A stretch of DNA of 64,000 bases from a bacterium. GTDB lineage: Bacteria; Fidelibacterota; Fidelibacteria; Fidelibacterales; Fidelibacteraceae. Shown here piece after piece: positions 8,501 to 18,970 of the stretch (position 1 is the first letter of the stretch; every line of letters begins with the position of its first letter). The notes below the pieces were generated by a model. It searched no databases. It worked only from the letters and a program-made list of their open reading frames with translations, and was not told the origin of the DNA. The stretch is taken from NCBI GenBank assembly GCA_963676395.1, contig OY781066.1, positions 2,240,001 through 2,304,000 on the forward strand. Reading direction: 5' to 3'. Made by a program: the position numbers and the translations under genes.

Positions 8501-11056
8501 CTATCTTCTATAGTTATTATTAAGCAGCTCGTCAATTTTTACAAACTGATAATTTTTATCTGTCAGCTCAACCACCAATTCATCCAACTCATCATAAAAA
8601 TTCTCCGTCCTTTTTGGATCAGCACCAATATGCATGAGTAATATAAAGCCATTTAATCCATTGTTTTCTTCGTAGATCTTAATCGATTGGTAGATCTCGT
8701 CGTTGGCGTGGTAGCGTTTTCCTTGGTCGGGAGTGGTATAGTCGGTGTGGGAAAGGGTGCCGGGCGTATAGTTGATAAGGGTAAGTTCTTCCTGATAGGT
8801 CCAGAGGGCGATATCCTGGTTATACCATTCGTAGGGTGGTAAAAAGTAGTGGGCATCTTGCTTGTTGATGCCAAACTTTGCCATTTCGGCGTAGTTGGCG
8901 GCAAGGTCGCTTTTGATTTTTTTTTCACTTACATTCAGGGTGCGGGCATTGTCCCATTTGTTGTAAAGCAAATGTTTGTTGCTGTGGGCGCCCATGTAAT
9001 GGCCATCGGCAACAAGTTGTTCGATCACATCCTTGAATTCCGGATTGCGGTAAAAATCGCCGGTAAAGAAGAAAGAAGCCTTGACATTATGGGCTTTGAG
9101 GGTGTCGGCAATGATCTTGCCGCCGTCGGCAAATTCGTGACCTGTAAACACGAGCGCGATCTTCTTTTCGTCGGTGGCGCCTCGGACGATCGCTCCGTGG
9201 GCATCGGTTTTGTTTTTACTGATCTTTGATCCATTATCCAATGAAGATAGGTAGTAGATCAAACAAGCGGTTCCATCCATGGTGGGTTCGTTAGTACTGT
9301 AGTCACCGGCATCATCGTGATACACGGCCACATCGCTTTGGAATTCGGCATATTCGTCTTCATCGAAGAGTTTAAGCCATTTGAGATTATTGTAAATGCT
9401 ACCATAAACCGGACCGTCAATGAGTCCGCCCGGAATGGTCATGTCGTATAAATGTGTTAACGACGAGTGTGGATCAACCGGTGTATCGGCGTTTACAGGC
9501 AAGCCGACGATCATACTCGTTCCCCAAATATTGCATCCAAAAAGCCAATCACGCAGCGCCGCTTCCATTTCATCGTATTTATGATCGTTCGATAATTTTT
9601 TATAAAGATCGATCTGGGATAGCGTTGCGGTAACAAAGTTATTCGAACACCAAACAAAGGGGATACCGATCAAGAATGGATTGTCTTTACCACGTTCATA
9701 AATGTTGTTCAATCCGAAATCGTAATAATATTCCAGCTTTTCTTTTTCATGAAAACCCGGAGCTGAGGCGGCAGTATAGTGCCCCGCATTAAAGAAAGGA
9801 TACCATTGATAATGACGAGCCGTATCGGCACCCATCCAGGGTGTAACCGGTTCCAGGTCGGCATATTTAACCACTTCATTCTTGAAATATTTACGACCGG
9901 TCATGCGGTAAATTTCCGCAGCGGCCAGTTCCATATCATCTACCCAGTTGTCTTCTTCATAAAAATAGGGTGCGGTGCACGGAGCGGTCTGACAGGCACC
10001 GGGATACTGCTTACCAAAGGCATAGGCCAGTTGTGCGCGGAGTTTTAAGCTTTCGGCATAGCGGGGATAGAATGCTTTTAAAACGCCTGAGCCGGCGGCA
10101 AAAGCAGAGGAGAATTTACCTGCCGTACTGGCTGTTCCTGTGGTACGATTCTTGTTTTCGAATAGTCCTTGTACCTCGCCGGAGCAGAAATAAACAGGAC
10201 GACCTTCATATTCATCGGAATATTTGGTGGTATCTTCGGTGGGAAGCCTGAAACCCGCATGATCACGATCATCGGCGATCTGATTGAAAAAACGATCGGG
10301 AGCAGGATTCATGCGGCAGAGCCAATCCATGCCCCATTTGGCTTCGTCGATCACATCCGGAATACCGTTGGCACCGGGCAAGCCTTTTGCATTGTAGGCA
10401 TCACCAAAAGCGTCAGGGTGTTCACGGTAGGCAAGTAGCATTTGATAGACCGCATTGGCGGATGTTGCCGTATATTGCAGGTAATCGGAGGCATCGTGCC
10501 AACCGCCATGTACATTGATATATTCGCCTTCGTGACCTTTTTCGTAGACGATAAAACCATCGTTGGTGTGGCAACTGTCATTTAAATAAGGATTAAAACC
10601 ACAACGTTGCTGACGCATGTATCTAAGCAAGAAATCAGCCGTGCCGTCGTAAACATTCTCGGCAATACGAAAGGTGGGGGATTCTACGCCGCCGGCACGA
10701 ATAAAATAGTCGCCTTCACCGGTGAAATTCGTCAATTTAAAGCGCAGAGTATTCTTGAAAGGGCCGTATTCACCTACGGAATCAATGTCAGAACTCTCTA
10801 GAACGATTTCCTGAGTTTTGGCATTGATAAGCTGGAAACTTTTAGGGGAATTAACGCTATCTTTTGAACAATAAACCGGTACTTTGATATCATTGGGACG
10901 GTAACCGAGTTGGTTTACACGGATCCATGCGTTGACCGCTTGGGGAACTGTTTCGCTTTTTTTAAAGAGATTGCAGGAGCTGAGGACTAAGATTAAGATT
11001 AAGCCCAGTGCCAAGTAATAAGCTGCTTGCAAATTTCGAGAATGTTTTGTCTTCAT
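8501..11056 (-). CDS. Lipoprotein: Ig-like (CelD_N) + glycoside hydrolase family 9 + C-terminal polysaccharide deacetylase (CE4/NodB-like) domain
   Basis: Lipobox LSSC; IRVNQLGY; GGWHDASDY; DYSTNEPT; then VFTGHEFADGG, GAHSNKHLLY, FLPPYEWYN, ILLMHIG. Confidence 0.9.
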   Translation of the reverse strand: MKTKHSRNLQAAYYLALGLILILVLSSCNLFKKSETVPQAVNAWIRVNQLGYRPNDIKVPVYCSKDSVNSPKSFQLINAKTQEIVLESSDIDSVGEYGPFKNTLRFKLTNFTGEGDYFIRAGGVESPTFRIAENVYDGTADFLLRYMRQQRCGFNPYLNDSCHTNDGFIVYEKGHEGEYINVHGGWHDASDYLQYTATSANAVYQMLLAYREHPDAFGDAYNAKGLPGANGIPDVIDEAKWGMDWLCRMNPAPDRFFNQIADDRDHAGFRLPTEDTTKYSDEYEGRPVYFCSGEVQGLFENKNRTTGTASTAGKFSSAFAAGSGVLKAFYPRYAESLKLRAQLAYAFGKQYPGACQTAPCTAPYFYEEDNWVDDMELAAAEIYRMTGRKYFKNEVVKYADLEPVTPWMGADTARHYQWYPFFNAGHYTAASAPGFHEKEKLEYYYDFGLNNIYERGKDNPFLIGIPFVWCSNNFVTATLSQIDLYKKLSNDHKYDEMEAALRDWLFGCNIWGTSMIVGLPVNADTPVDPHSSLTHLYDMTIPGGLIDGPVYGSIYNNLKWLKLFDEDEYAEFQSDVAVYHDDAGDYSTNEPTMDGTACLIYYLSSLDNGSKISKNKTDAHGAIVRGATDEKKIALVFTGHEFADGGKIIADTLKAHNVKASFFFTGDFYRNPEFKDVIEQLVADGHYMGAHSNKHLLYNKWDNARTLNVSEKKIKSDLAANYAEMAKFGINKQDAHYFLPPYEWYNQDIALWTYQEELTLINYTPGTLSHTDYTTPDQGKRYHANDEIYQSIKIYEENNGLNGFILLMHIGADPKRTENFYDELDELVVELTDKNYQFVKIDELLNNNYRR

Positions 11057-11217
11057 TATTATCCTTATGCCTTCGTTCTATATAATTTAAATATCCAACA
11101 AGGAACATCGATATGTCATTTGTGAAGTCTTCGAATATCAAAGATGGATGTTTCTTGTTCGTATGTCATTTTTCGCATTTTTCAATTATCTCTGTCGAGA
11201 ATTAAGTTTAATTAACC

Positions 11218-11706
11218 TTAATCCTTAAGCTGCTTCTCAAGATCAAGTAATACGCGTTTAATATCCAATCCCCCCGCAAAACCTGTTAATTTACCATTCT
11301 TGCCGATAACACGATGACAAGGAATGATAATGGGAATAGGGTTTTGACCAAGCGCTAAGCCGACGGCACGCACTGCGTTTGGGTTTCCGATAGCTTTGGC
11401 CACTTCACTATAACTTCGTGTTTCACCATAGGGTATGTTAGCACATTCTTGCCACACGGCTTTTTGAAAATCACTGCCGTGAAGTTCCATTTGCACTGAG
11501 AATTTAACATTCTTGCCGGAAAAATATTGATCTAGCTGATCTTCGAGCGCTTTAGCATTCTTGCCGGAAATAGATAGGGAAGGTTTTTGAACAAGCTTAC
11601 TTAAATAATTTTTTTGAAAAGGGGAAAATGAAATGGCAAGAATCGAATTATTTTGTCTTGCGATTGAAAGTTTAATGCCCTGTTTTTCGTAGCTTGTTAC
11701 TTGCAT
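11218..11706 (-). CDS. ogt: Methylated-DNA--protein-cysteine methyltransferase
   Basis: IPYGETRSY, AVRAVG, active-site IIPCHRVIG. Confidence 0.93.
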   Translation of the reverse strand: MQVTSYEKQGIKLSIARQNNSILAISFSPFQKNYLSKLVQKPSLSISGKNAKALEDQLDQYFSGKNVKFSVQMELHGSDFQKAVWQECANIPYGETRSYSEVAKAIGNPNAVRAVGLALGQNPIPIIIPCHRVIGKNGKLTGFAGGLDIKRVLLDLEKQLKD

Positions 11707-12607
11707 GCATGTCTCGATGTTTATATTCCGTAATGAAAATACCCGTGAAGATCAAGAGCATGCCAATATAATGATTAAGGCTTAAAAGTTCACCATAAAA
11801 AATGTATCCCAGAAAGACGGCTACAAGGGGCGTGAGATAGGCTGAAAGTGCCAATTTGACCACCGAAATATGCTGTAATAGCCAAAAGTACAAGAAAAAA
11901 GCCATGGCGGAGCAGATGATACCAAGATATAACTCAGAAAAAATTAATTTTGGCGTTAACGTAATGCTTGGAATTCCTTCAAGCACAAAGCTTGAAGCAA
12001 GAAGCAAGATAGCTGCGAGTCCCATACCAAAGGTATTTAAGATGAGTGGATCCAGATCCTTTCCATCACGCTTGATAAGCACATTGGGCAGGGAGTTGAC
12101 CAGCACGGAACCGAGAATAAAGACAATGCCAATCATTTGAGTGCTTTCGTTATCAAGCATACCTTGTGAGTAGAAAAGAAGGATGATACCTACTAGTCCG
12201 ATAAGCAATCCCAATAGCTTTTTAAGCGTAAAGGGTTCTTTTTTAGGCATAAGTATGGATGAAAAAAGCGCTACCGCAAGCGGGAAGAACGAAAAAATAA
12301 TGCTGGCCAAGCCCGCATTGATATGCTGCTGACCCAGAAGTGAAAAAATATGTCCTAACCCCATCATAAATACAGCATACATAACAATAAGGTAAATATG
12401 TCGTTTTTCGAGCTTGAATTTGGGTCTGCGGATGAGCATCACGATCACAAACACCAGCGCCCCGATGCTTTGCCTGATCGCACCTATCCACAGCGGAGCT
12501 AAGCCTTCCTGCAGGGCCATTTTGTTGAATATCCAGGATGAGCCAAACATAAAAACGTTTGCGAAAAAGGCCAGATATAATATGATGCGAGCAGGCTTAG
12601 TGGGCAT
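11672..12607 (-). CDS. EamA/DMT family transporter
   Basis: About 10 TM helices in two EamA repeats; GSSW, AGLASII, YLTPLVAVFLG; probable start MPTKPAR at 12607. Confidence 0.88.
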   Translation of the reverse strand: MPTKPARIILYLAFFANVFMFGSSWIFNKMALQEGLAPLWIGAIRQSIGALVFVIVMLIRRPKFKLEKRHIYLIVMYAVFMMGLGHIFSLLGQQHINAGLASIIFSFFPLAVALFSSILMPKKEPFTLKKLLGLLIGLVGIILLFYSQGMLDNESTQMIGIVFILGSVLVNSLPNVLIKRDGKDLDPLILNTFGMGLAAILLLASSFVLEGIPSITLTPKLIFSELYLGIICSAMAFFLYFWLLQHISVVKLALSAYLTPLVAVFLGYIFYGELLSLNHYIGMLLIFTGIFITEYKHRDMHASNKLRKTGH

Positions 12608-13445
12608 GCAGAGCTTTCTTGAGGGCTTTGCCGGTATTGCGCATATTTTCCAACCAATTTTCATTCAAGGGATCAAGAGCAATCACATGGGCATCGATCT
12701 CCTTGGCGATCACATCAAGCTGTTCGGAGGAAAATTCCTTTTGTACAAAGATTACATGAATATCGTGTTCTTTTGCATGCTCGATAAGATGTGCAAGCTG
12801 CTGAGTGGATGGACCTTTATGCTCGTGACGGATAGAGGCTTGCTTAACACCGTAATCACGACAAAAATAACCCCAGGATGGGTGGAGTGTCATAAATTCA
12901 CCACCTTGCACCTCTTTTAGATCATTTTTTAATTCTTCATCCAGTTTGGTGATATCCTTCAATAAAGCTTGAAGATTTGTTTCGAATTCATCTTTACGTT
13001 CAGGCCAGATAGCTGACAATTGCTCACTGATCCTTATGGCAGCAACTTTCATATAGCGCGGTGAAAGCCAGAGATGCGCATCTCCCGGGATAATATCCAT
13101 GTTTTCAGCCATGGAAACCGTTAGAACTTCGGGATGTTCTTTGAGGTAGGCGTTAATATGCTTCAGCTCAAAATGGAAATTGGGGTGACCGTTTTTTACA
13201 TAAAGTTTACACTCATGCAATGATCTCACTTGAGCCGCTGTTGGCGCATAGGTGGGAGGAGCAGAGCCGGGGGGGATCATGATGGTCACCGGTGTTGCTT
13301 CACCGGCAATGCGTTTTACCAAGTAAGCCTGCGGAGGGATACTTACGCAGATATCGGTTGTGGGGGCCGTTTCGCAAGAAACGGTAATAAGGCTCATCAT
13401 TATAATGAGCGCAAGAATGATGATTTTGTATGTGTTGTTTTTCAT
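12597..13445 (-). CDS. Zn/Mn ABC transporter substrate-binding lipoprotein (ZnuA/TroA family)
   Basis: Lipobox TVSC, VSIPPQAYLVKRIAG, DAHLWLSP, HPSWGYF, LDPL. Confidence 0.9.
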   Translation of the reverse strand: MKNNTYKIIILALIIMMSLITVSCETAPTTDICVSIPPQAYLVKRIAGEATPVTIMIPPGSAPPTYAPTAAQVRSLHECKLYVKNGHPNFHFELKHINAYLKEHPEVLTVSMAENMDIIPGDAHLWLSPRYMKVAAIRISEQLSAIWPERKDEFETNLQALLKDITKLDEELKNDLKEVQGGEFMTLHPSWGYFCRDYGVKQASIRHEHKGPSTQQLAHLIEHAKEHDIHVIFVQKEFSSEQLDVIAKEIDAHVIALDPLNENWLENMRNTGKALKKALHAH

Positions 13446-13673
13446 GATGTATTATATGAAAAAAATACAAATTGGAGAAGAAAAATTCTTTAACGGAATC
13501 AAGACGCAGCGTTGCTATATCTCGGACAATAAATCGATTTTTACATTTGTTCTATATAATGCGTGACAACCAAATGAGTCGCAACCCTGCTACAACTTAA
13601 TATTATGTTGTTTCAATTACATTGTAATGATAAAAGCATATCATTTTTCAATTTTCCATTATAAATTATTCGC

Positions 13674-14933
13674 ATGAAATTACGATATAAATTAATCATC
13701 ATATTTTCTTTATTCATTGCCACTCTCAATGCCGGTATTCTTATCCCCATGGATAAAAATCAAAGCAATCATCTTAAAGCTTACGGAATTGCTTTTTATG
13801 CTTTGCAACAGGGAATTGATGTAGAATGGCTTTTAAATTATCAGGGCGGATCCTTCTATTTGGATTATCGGCAAGCCATTGAAAAAGAATGTCTGTTACG
13901 CGGTGTTTCTTTCAAGAAAATCTCATCGAGCGATTATTCGGCCATCAGTGCGGAGATAGAGGTCAATAATATGAGTGTGGTACTTCTTGAAAAAGCACCC
14001 GAGATCGCCGTTTATACGCCGCCAAATAAGCTTCCTTGGGATGATGCCGTGACGATGGCACTGACCTATGCCGAGATCCCTTATGAAAAGATCTACGACA
14101 GAGAAATATTAAAAGGTGATCTAAGTAAGTACGATTGGTTACACTTGCACCATGAGGATTTTACGGGACAATACGGAAAATTTTACGGTAATTATCGTAA
14201 TGCCGCATGGTACATTCAGGAGCAGCAAACTCAGGAAGCCCTTGCGGCAGAATTGGGGTTTGCCAAGGTTTCTAAATTAAAACTGGCGGTAGCAAAGAAG
14301 ATCGACGCCTATGTAAAGGGCGGTGGGTTTTTATTTGCCATGTGTGCGGCGACGGATTCCTATGAAATCGCTTTAGCGGCCGAAAACACCGATATCTGCC
14401 ATCCTGTTTTTGATCATGATCCCATTGATCCTGATTATGCCTCACATATGGATTTTACATCCGATTATGCTTTTAAAGATTATAAATTAAAGACCGATCC
14501 GAATATCTATGAATATTCCGATATCGATATTCCTCCTTCATATCAAGGACTGAGTCTGGATCCCTCGCGGGATTATTTTTCGCTTTTTGAATTTTCTGCA
14601 AAATTCGATCCCGTACCGACCATGCTGACCCAAAATCACGAATCCCTGATCAAAGGTTTTATGGGACAAACGACTTCTTTTAACCGTAAACGGCTTAAAA
14701 AACATGTCCTGATCATGGGAGAAAGCAAAAATACAGATCGCGTGAAATATATTCATGGAAATGCAGGTAAGGGTACCTGGACTTATTATGGTGGGCATGA
14801 TCCGGAAGACTATCGACACTATGTCGGAGATCCGCCAACCAATTTAGACCTCCATAAGAATAGTCCCGGCTATCGCTTGATATTGAATAATGTGCTTTTC
14901 CCGGCAGCTAAGAAACAGGAAAGAAAAACGTAG
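13674..14933 (+). CDS. Conserved secreted protein of the FCB-group family often labelled asparagine synthetase B (GATase-like fold, function unknown)
   Basis: LIPMD..QSNHLKAYG, WLLNYQGGSF, WDDAVTMALTYAEIPY, DWLHLHHEDFTGQYGKFY, SPGYRLILNNVLFPAA. Confidence 0.8.
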   Translation: MKLRYKLIIIFSLFIATLNAGILIPMDKNQSNHLKAYGIAFYALQQGIDVEWLLNYQGGSFYLDYRQAIEKECLLRGVSFKKISSSDYSAISAEIEVNNMSVVLLEKAPEIAVYTPPNKLPWDDAVTMALTYAEIPYEKIYDREILKGDLSKYDWLHLHHEDFTGQYGKFYGNYRNAAWYIQEQQTQEALAAELGFAKVSKLKLAVAKKIDAYVKGGGFLFAMCAATDSYEIALAAENTDICHPVFDHDPIDPDYASHMDFTSDYAFKDYKLKTDPNIYEYSDIDIPPSYQGLSLDPSRDYFSLFEFSAKFDPVPTMLTQNHESLIKGFMGQTTSFNRKRLKKHVLIMGESKNTDRVKYIHGNAGKGTWTYYGGHDPEDYRHYVGDPPTNLDLHKNSPGYRLILNNVLFPAAKKQERKT

Positions 14934-15141
14934 TAATTGAGAATTTAATTATTAGATGTGTTATTGATCATGCATATTTATTTTATAAACCTCAATAAAT
15001 TTGCTTCATTTTAGCTTTCACGGAGGGGGAACTCACGACAAATCGAATGTATTTTGGTAATATAGAAATGAAAAATATTGTGTCTTTACAGGAACATTAA
15101 AACACATAAAAGCTAAATACTACAGCAAAGGATATTTTGAA

Positions 15142-15852
15142 ATGATTACAAGCAACAATCGTCCTATCATCGGTGTGAATTCAAGCTATATGGAAGATGC
15201 CCATAAATGGTATAAAGTCCCGGTCAATTATATTAATGCCATTTATAATGCAGGCGCTTTACCTTTGATCATTCCATGTAATCCCTCAGCGGAAGAGTTG
15301 GATGCATACATTGAGATCATTGATGGTATGCTGTTTACCGGCGGGGCCGATTATCCGGCAAGTCTTTATGGCGAAGAAGCGGATGATAAACTTGAACCAA
15401 TGGATAATAAGCGTGCCGAAACGGATATGATTCTGGCAAAAAAAATCCTCGAAGAAACCGAAATTCCTGTTTTGGGGATCTGCGCGGGCCATCAACTTCT
15501 TGCTATTGCTAAAGGCGGAAAACTCATTCAGCACATACCGACAGCGAAAGATCATGAAAAAACCGGAGATACGGAGCATCGTATTACAATAAAAGGTGGA
15601 AAATGGCTAAAAAGCATTTTCAATGAGGACAGTATTATTGTAAATTCCAACCACCATCAGGCAGTTATGCTCCATCCTTTTCCTAAGGACTTCGAGTTGG
15701 TTGCCACAGCGGATGACGGTGTTGTTGAGGCTATGGAACTAAATGAAAATCGTATGGTTTTAGGGCTGCAATGGCATCCGGAACGTACAAAAAATAAAGA
15801 ACATACGAAGATGATCTTCGATTTCTTTGTTACTCAAATAAAAGAAAGGTAA
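15142..15852 (+). CDS. Gamma-glutamyl-gamma-aminobutyrate hydrolase family (peptidase C26, class I GATase)
   Basis: LFTGGAD, PVLGICAGHQ, VNSNHHQA, LQWHPE. Confidence 0.92.
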   Translation: MITSNNRPIIGVNSSYMEDAHKWYKVPVNYINAIYNAGALPLIIPCNPSAEELDAYIEIIDGMLFTGGADYPASLYGEEADDKLEPMDNKRAETDMILAKKILEETEIPVLGICAGHQLLAIAKGGKLIQHIPTAKDHEKTGDTEHRITIKGGKWLKSIFNEDSIIVNSNHHQAVMLHPFPKDFELVATADDGVVEAMELNENRMVLGLQWHPERTKNKEHTKMIFDFFVTQIKER

Positions 15853-15860
15853 AATCGCGT

Positions 15861-18800
15861 ATGAAACGCATTGCTATTTATGCACTTACATTGTTGACAC
15901 TTGTTACACTTATTTCCTGTGCAGGAGGTGCGCAAAGCGTTATAAAAGATGTTCCAAAAGAGTATGAAGGCAAAGGCAGGCGAGTTCAACAAGCTTATGC
16001 TGCCGCGCAAACCTTTCTTGATAACTGTAAAAAAGGAAAACTGAACGACGTCCAGATGGTTTCTTATGCCGGTCTGGATACCTTGGTTTTCGACAAAAAA
16101 GCCAAAACTCTCGATCTATACTTTGATAAATATTTTGCTCGTCGTCCCTTTCGAGAATTGGGCGTTGCAAATATGTACGAAGATCTGAGCATCGAGCTGG
16201 GTAAGTCTTTTCGAGGGTATACATTGACCATGTATTCGACCGGTGTTCCCATTGAGCAACTGGTTCCAAATTATTTTATTCAGGATCCCGCAAATTACGA
16301 TACCAGCAAAATGATCATTCCGGCGCCGGGTGTTGAGCCTATCGTACGCAACAATTCCAAACCTTTTGTACCCTCTAAAGGTCTTTATGGTCGACACATT
16401 GCACTTTGGAATTCTCATGGCTGGTATTACGAAAATTCTCTGCATCGTTGGGAATGGCAACGTGCCAGAAACTTCCAGACGGTTGAAGATATTTATCCTA
16501 CAATATATGTTTTACAGTATTTGGTACCCATGCTGGAAAATGCCGGCGCCAATACCTTTATTCCTCGTGAACGTGATTATAATAAGAATGAAGTGATCGT
16601 CGACAATGATGATCCTGCCAGCGGTTACACCGAAAACGGTCGCTGGTCAGAGGGCGGTATAGGTTTTGGCCCCGGAAATGCTCCCTATAAGAGCGGCGAT
16701 AACCCATTTGAAATGGGGACCTATCGTCGTCGTCCCGCCAATGATCAGTTTGCCTCGGTAGAATATGCTCCCGAGATCCCCGAAAGCGGTGAATATGCCG
16801 TTTATATTTCATATCACCATGATCCCACAAACGTTGATGATGCCAAGTATACGGTTTATCATGCCGGTGGTCGAACAGAGTTCCTTGTTAACCAGCAAAT
16901 GGGGGGTGAAACGTGGATTTTTCTGGGTAAATTTAAATTTAACAAAGGCGGAGAAAATAAAGTCATTGTTAAAGCCAACCGCTTAAGTCAAAATAAATAC
17001 ATTTCTACCGATGCGATTAAATTCGGTGGTGGTATCGGTGATGTAGAGCGAGGTGGAATGACCTCCGATCGCCCTCGTTGGCTCGAAGGTGCCCGTTATT
17101 ATTTACAGTATGCCGGTATGCCTGAGATGGTTTATAATATTCATCAGGATACGGTTGACTACAACGATGATTATAAATGTCGTGGCGAATGGGTGGATTA
17201 TCTTAGAGGTGCTCCTTTTGGTCCAACAGCCGATAGAGAAGCGGCCGGTTTGGGCATTCCCATTGATATGAGCTTTGCTTTTCATACAGATGCCGGTACA
17301 ACCCGAAATGATACCGTTGTTGGAACCTTGTTGATCTATTCCAGTCGAGGCGGTAAAACCAATTGGGACGCTCCCGGCGATTCTGCCGAAGTAACTTTCC
17401 CGGATGGACAGTCTCGCTATACCAACCGTGATTTAGCTGATTTGATACAAACACAGATCGTTGATGATATTCGTGCCAAATACGATGAAGCCTGGAACCG
17501 CCGCGATATGTGGGATGCGGCTTACAGTGAAGCTTGGCGACCCAATGTGCCTACAACACTGCTTGAATTGCTTTCTCATCACAATTTTCTTGATATGAAA
17601 TTCGGGAATGACCCTCAATTCCGTTTTGATGCTTCCCGTGCCATATATAAAGGTATTCTCAGGTATATGTCGTTGCAATATGGTTTTGATTATGTTGTAC
17701 AGCCATTGCCGCCAACTCATGTTGCCGCCGAGGTTTTGCATGGTAAGGTCATTCGTATTAAATGGCAGGCAAAGCGTGATCCGCTTGAACCGACCGCTAT
17801 GCCGACTAAATATATGGTTTATACCCGTAGAGATAATGGCGGTTGGGATGATGGGATTCTCATTAACGGTAATCAGTGTATGATACCATCAGTTAATGAT
17901 AATGTGGTATATAGTTTTAAAGTCACCGCTTTAAACGATGGAGGCGAAAGCTTCCCCTCAGAGATCGTATCAGTCTGCAATGTACCTGATGGCGAAAAAG
18001 TTCTTATCGTAAATGGTTTTGATCGTGTCTCGGGACCGGCAACATTGGAAAGCGATCAATATTTAGGCTTTATGGATTCTTGGGAAAAAAGTGTTCCCGA
18101 TGGATATGATCTTGGTTATATCGGAGCTCAGTATGATTTCGATGCCAGTTCAAAATGGCTGGATGATGATTCTCCCGGGAACGGCGCTTCTTATGCGAAT
18201 ATGGAAACGGAGGTTATTGTCGGTAATACCAAAGATTATTGTATTTTACACGGCAAAGCCATTAAAGCTGCAGGATTTTCATTCGATTCGGCTTCCGATG
18301 AGGCTATTTCTTCGGGATTGATCGATCTTGAAAATTACAAATACATGGATATTATTTACGGAGAACAAAAAGCAACACCTTGGCCCAAAGATAATGGTAA
18401 AAAACCTCGATTTAGAGTTTTTCCTAAAGCTTTTATGAGTGCGGTTGAAGACTTTACAAGCATGGGCGGGAATGTATTTCTCAGTGGCGCTTATGTAGGC
18501 ACGGATCTTTTGGGAGATACCACAAAAATGAACTTTGCCAATAATGTTTTAAAGTATCGTTGGCGAACAGATCATGCCTCAAAATCGGGTAATGTGTATT
18601 CTGTAAATAGTGCACTGTTGGGCGACAATAGTAAATATCGATTCATTACAGAATTTGATCCTCAAATTTATGGTGCCGAAAATCCCGATGCTCTTGAAGC
18701 CGCTAAAGGTAGTGGTGGCTTAACCGTAATGCGTTACAGTGAAAATAATGTTTCGGCAGCTGTGGCTTACAATGGTGAAAATTACAATACTTTTGTTATG

Positions 18801-18941
18801 GGCTTTCCTTTTGAATGTATCAAATTAGAAAATGAAAGAAACTCATTGATGAAACGAATACTTGAATTTTTTAAAAAGGATTTAGATATTAAGAACGACT
18901 ATTCTAAGGATGGTAGAAAGAAATCATCGGTGAATAAATAG
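15861..18941 (+). CDS. Large lipoprotein with amidase-like, golvesin/xanthan-lyase-like and fibronectin III domains
   Basis: Lipobox LISC; GRHIALWNSHG, WEWQR, AFHTDAG, LLELLSHHNF, FN3-like VYSFKVTALNDGGESFPSE. Confidence 0.75.
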   Translation: MKRIAIYALTLLTLVTLISCAGGAQSVIKDVPKEYEGKGRRVQQAYAAAQTFLDNCKKGKLNDVQMVSYAGLDTLVFDKKAKTLDLYFDKYFARRPFRELGVANMYEDLSIELGKSFRGYTLTMYSTGVPIEQLVPNYFIQDPANYDTSKMIIPAPGVEPIVRNNSKPFVPSKGLYGRHIALWNSHGWYYENSLHRWEWQRARNFQTVEDIYPTIYVLQYLVPMLENAGANTFIPRERDYNKNEVIVDNDDPASGYTENGRWSEGGIGFGPGNAPYKSGDNPFEMGTYRRRPANDQFASVEYAPEIPESGEYAVYISYHHDPTNVDDAKYTVYHAGGRTEFLVNQQMGGETWIFLGKFKFNKGGENKVIVKANRLSQNKYISTDAIKFGGGIGDVERGGMTSDRPRWLEGARYYLQYAGMPEMVYNIHQDTVDYNDDYKCRGEWVDYLRGAPFGPTADREAAGLGIPIDMSFAFHTDAGTTRNDTVVGTLLIYSSRGGKTNWDAPGDSAEVTFPDGQSRYTNRDLADLIQTQIVDDIRAKYDEAWNRRDMWDAAYSEAWRPNVPTTLLELLSHHNFLDMKFGNDPQFRFDASRAIYKGILRYMSLQYGFDYVVQPLPPTHVAAEVLHGKVIRIKWQAKRDPLEPTAMPTKYMVYTRRDNGGWDDGILINGNQCMIPSVNDNVVYSFKVTALNDGGESFPSEIVSVCNVPDGEKVLIVNGFDRVSGPATLESDQYLGFMDSWEKSVPDGYDLGYIGAQYDFDASSKWLDDDSPGNGASYANMETEVIVGNTKDYCILHGKAIKAAGFSFDSASDEAISSGLIDLENYKYMDIIYGEQKATPWPKDNGKKPRFRVFPKAFMSAVEDFTSMGGNVFLSGAYVGTDLLGDTTKMNFANNVLKYRWRTDHASKSGNVYSVNSALLGDNSKYRFITEFDPQIYGAENPDALEAAKGSGGLTVMRYSENNVSAAVAYNGENYNTFVMGFPFECIKLENERNSLMKRILEFFKKDLDIKNDYSKDGRKKSSVNK

Positions 18942-18970
18942 GATATATTACACGTCTCGGACATAAAGAA

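Noticed and set aside
8653..10801. Numerous short overlapping ORFs inside the GH9 gene and similar ones inside other long genes
   Set aside because: Antisense or alternate-frame shadows of well-supported CDSs with no motifs of their own
13674..14933. True asparagine synthetase AsnB
   Set aside because: No N-terminal Cys Ntn domain or SGGLDS motif, and it has a signal peptide
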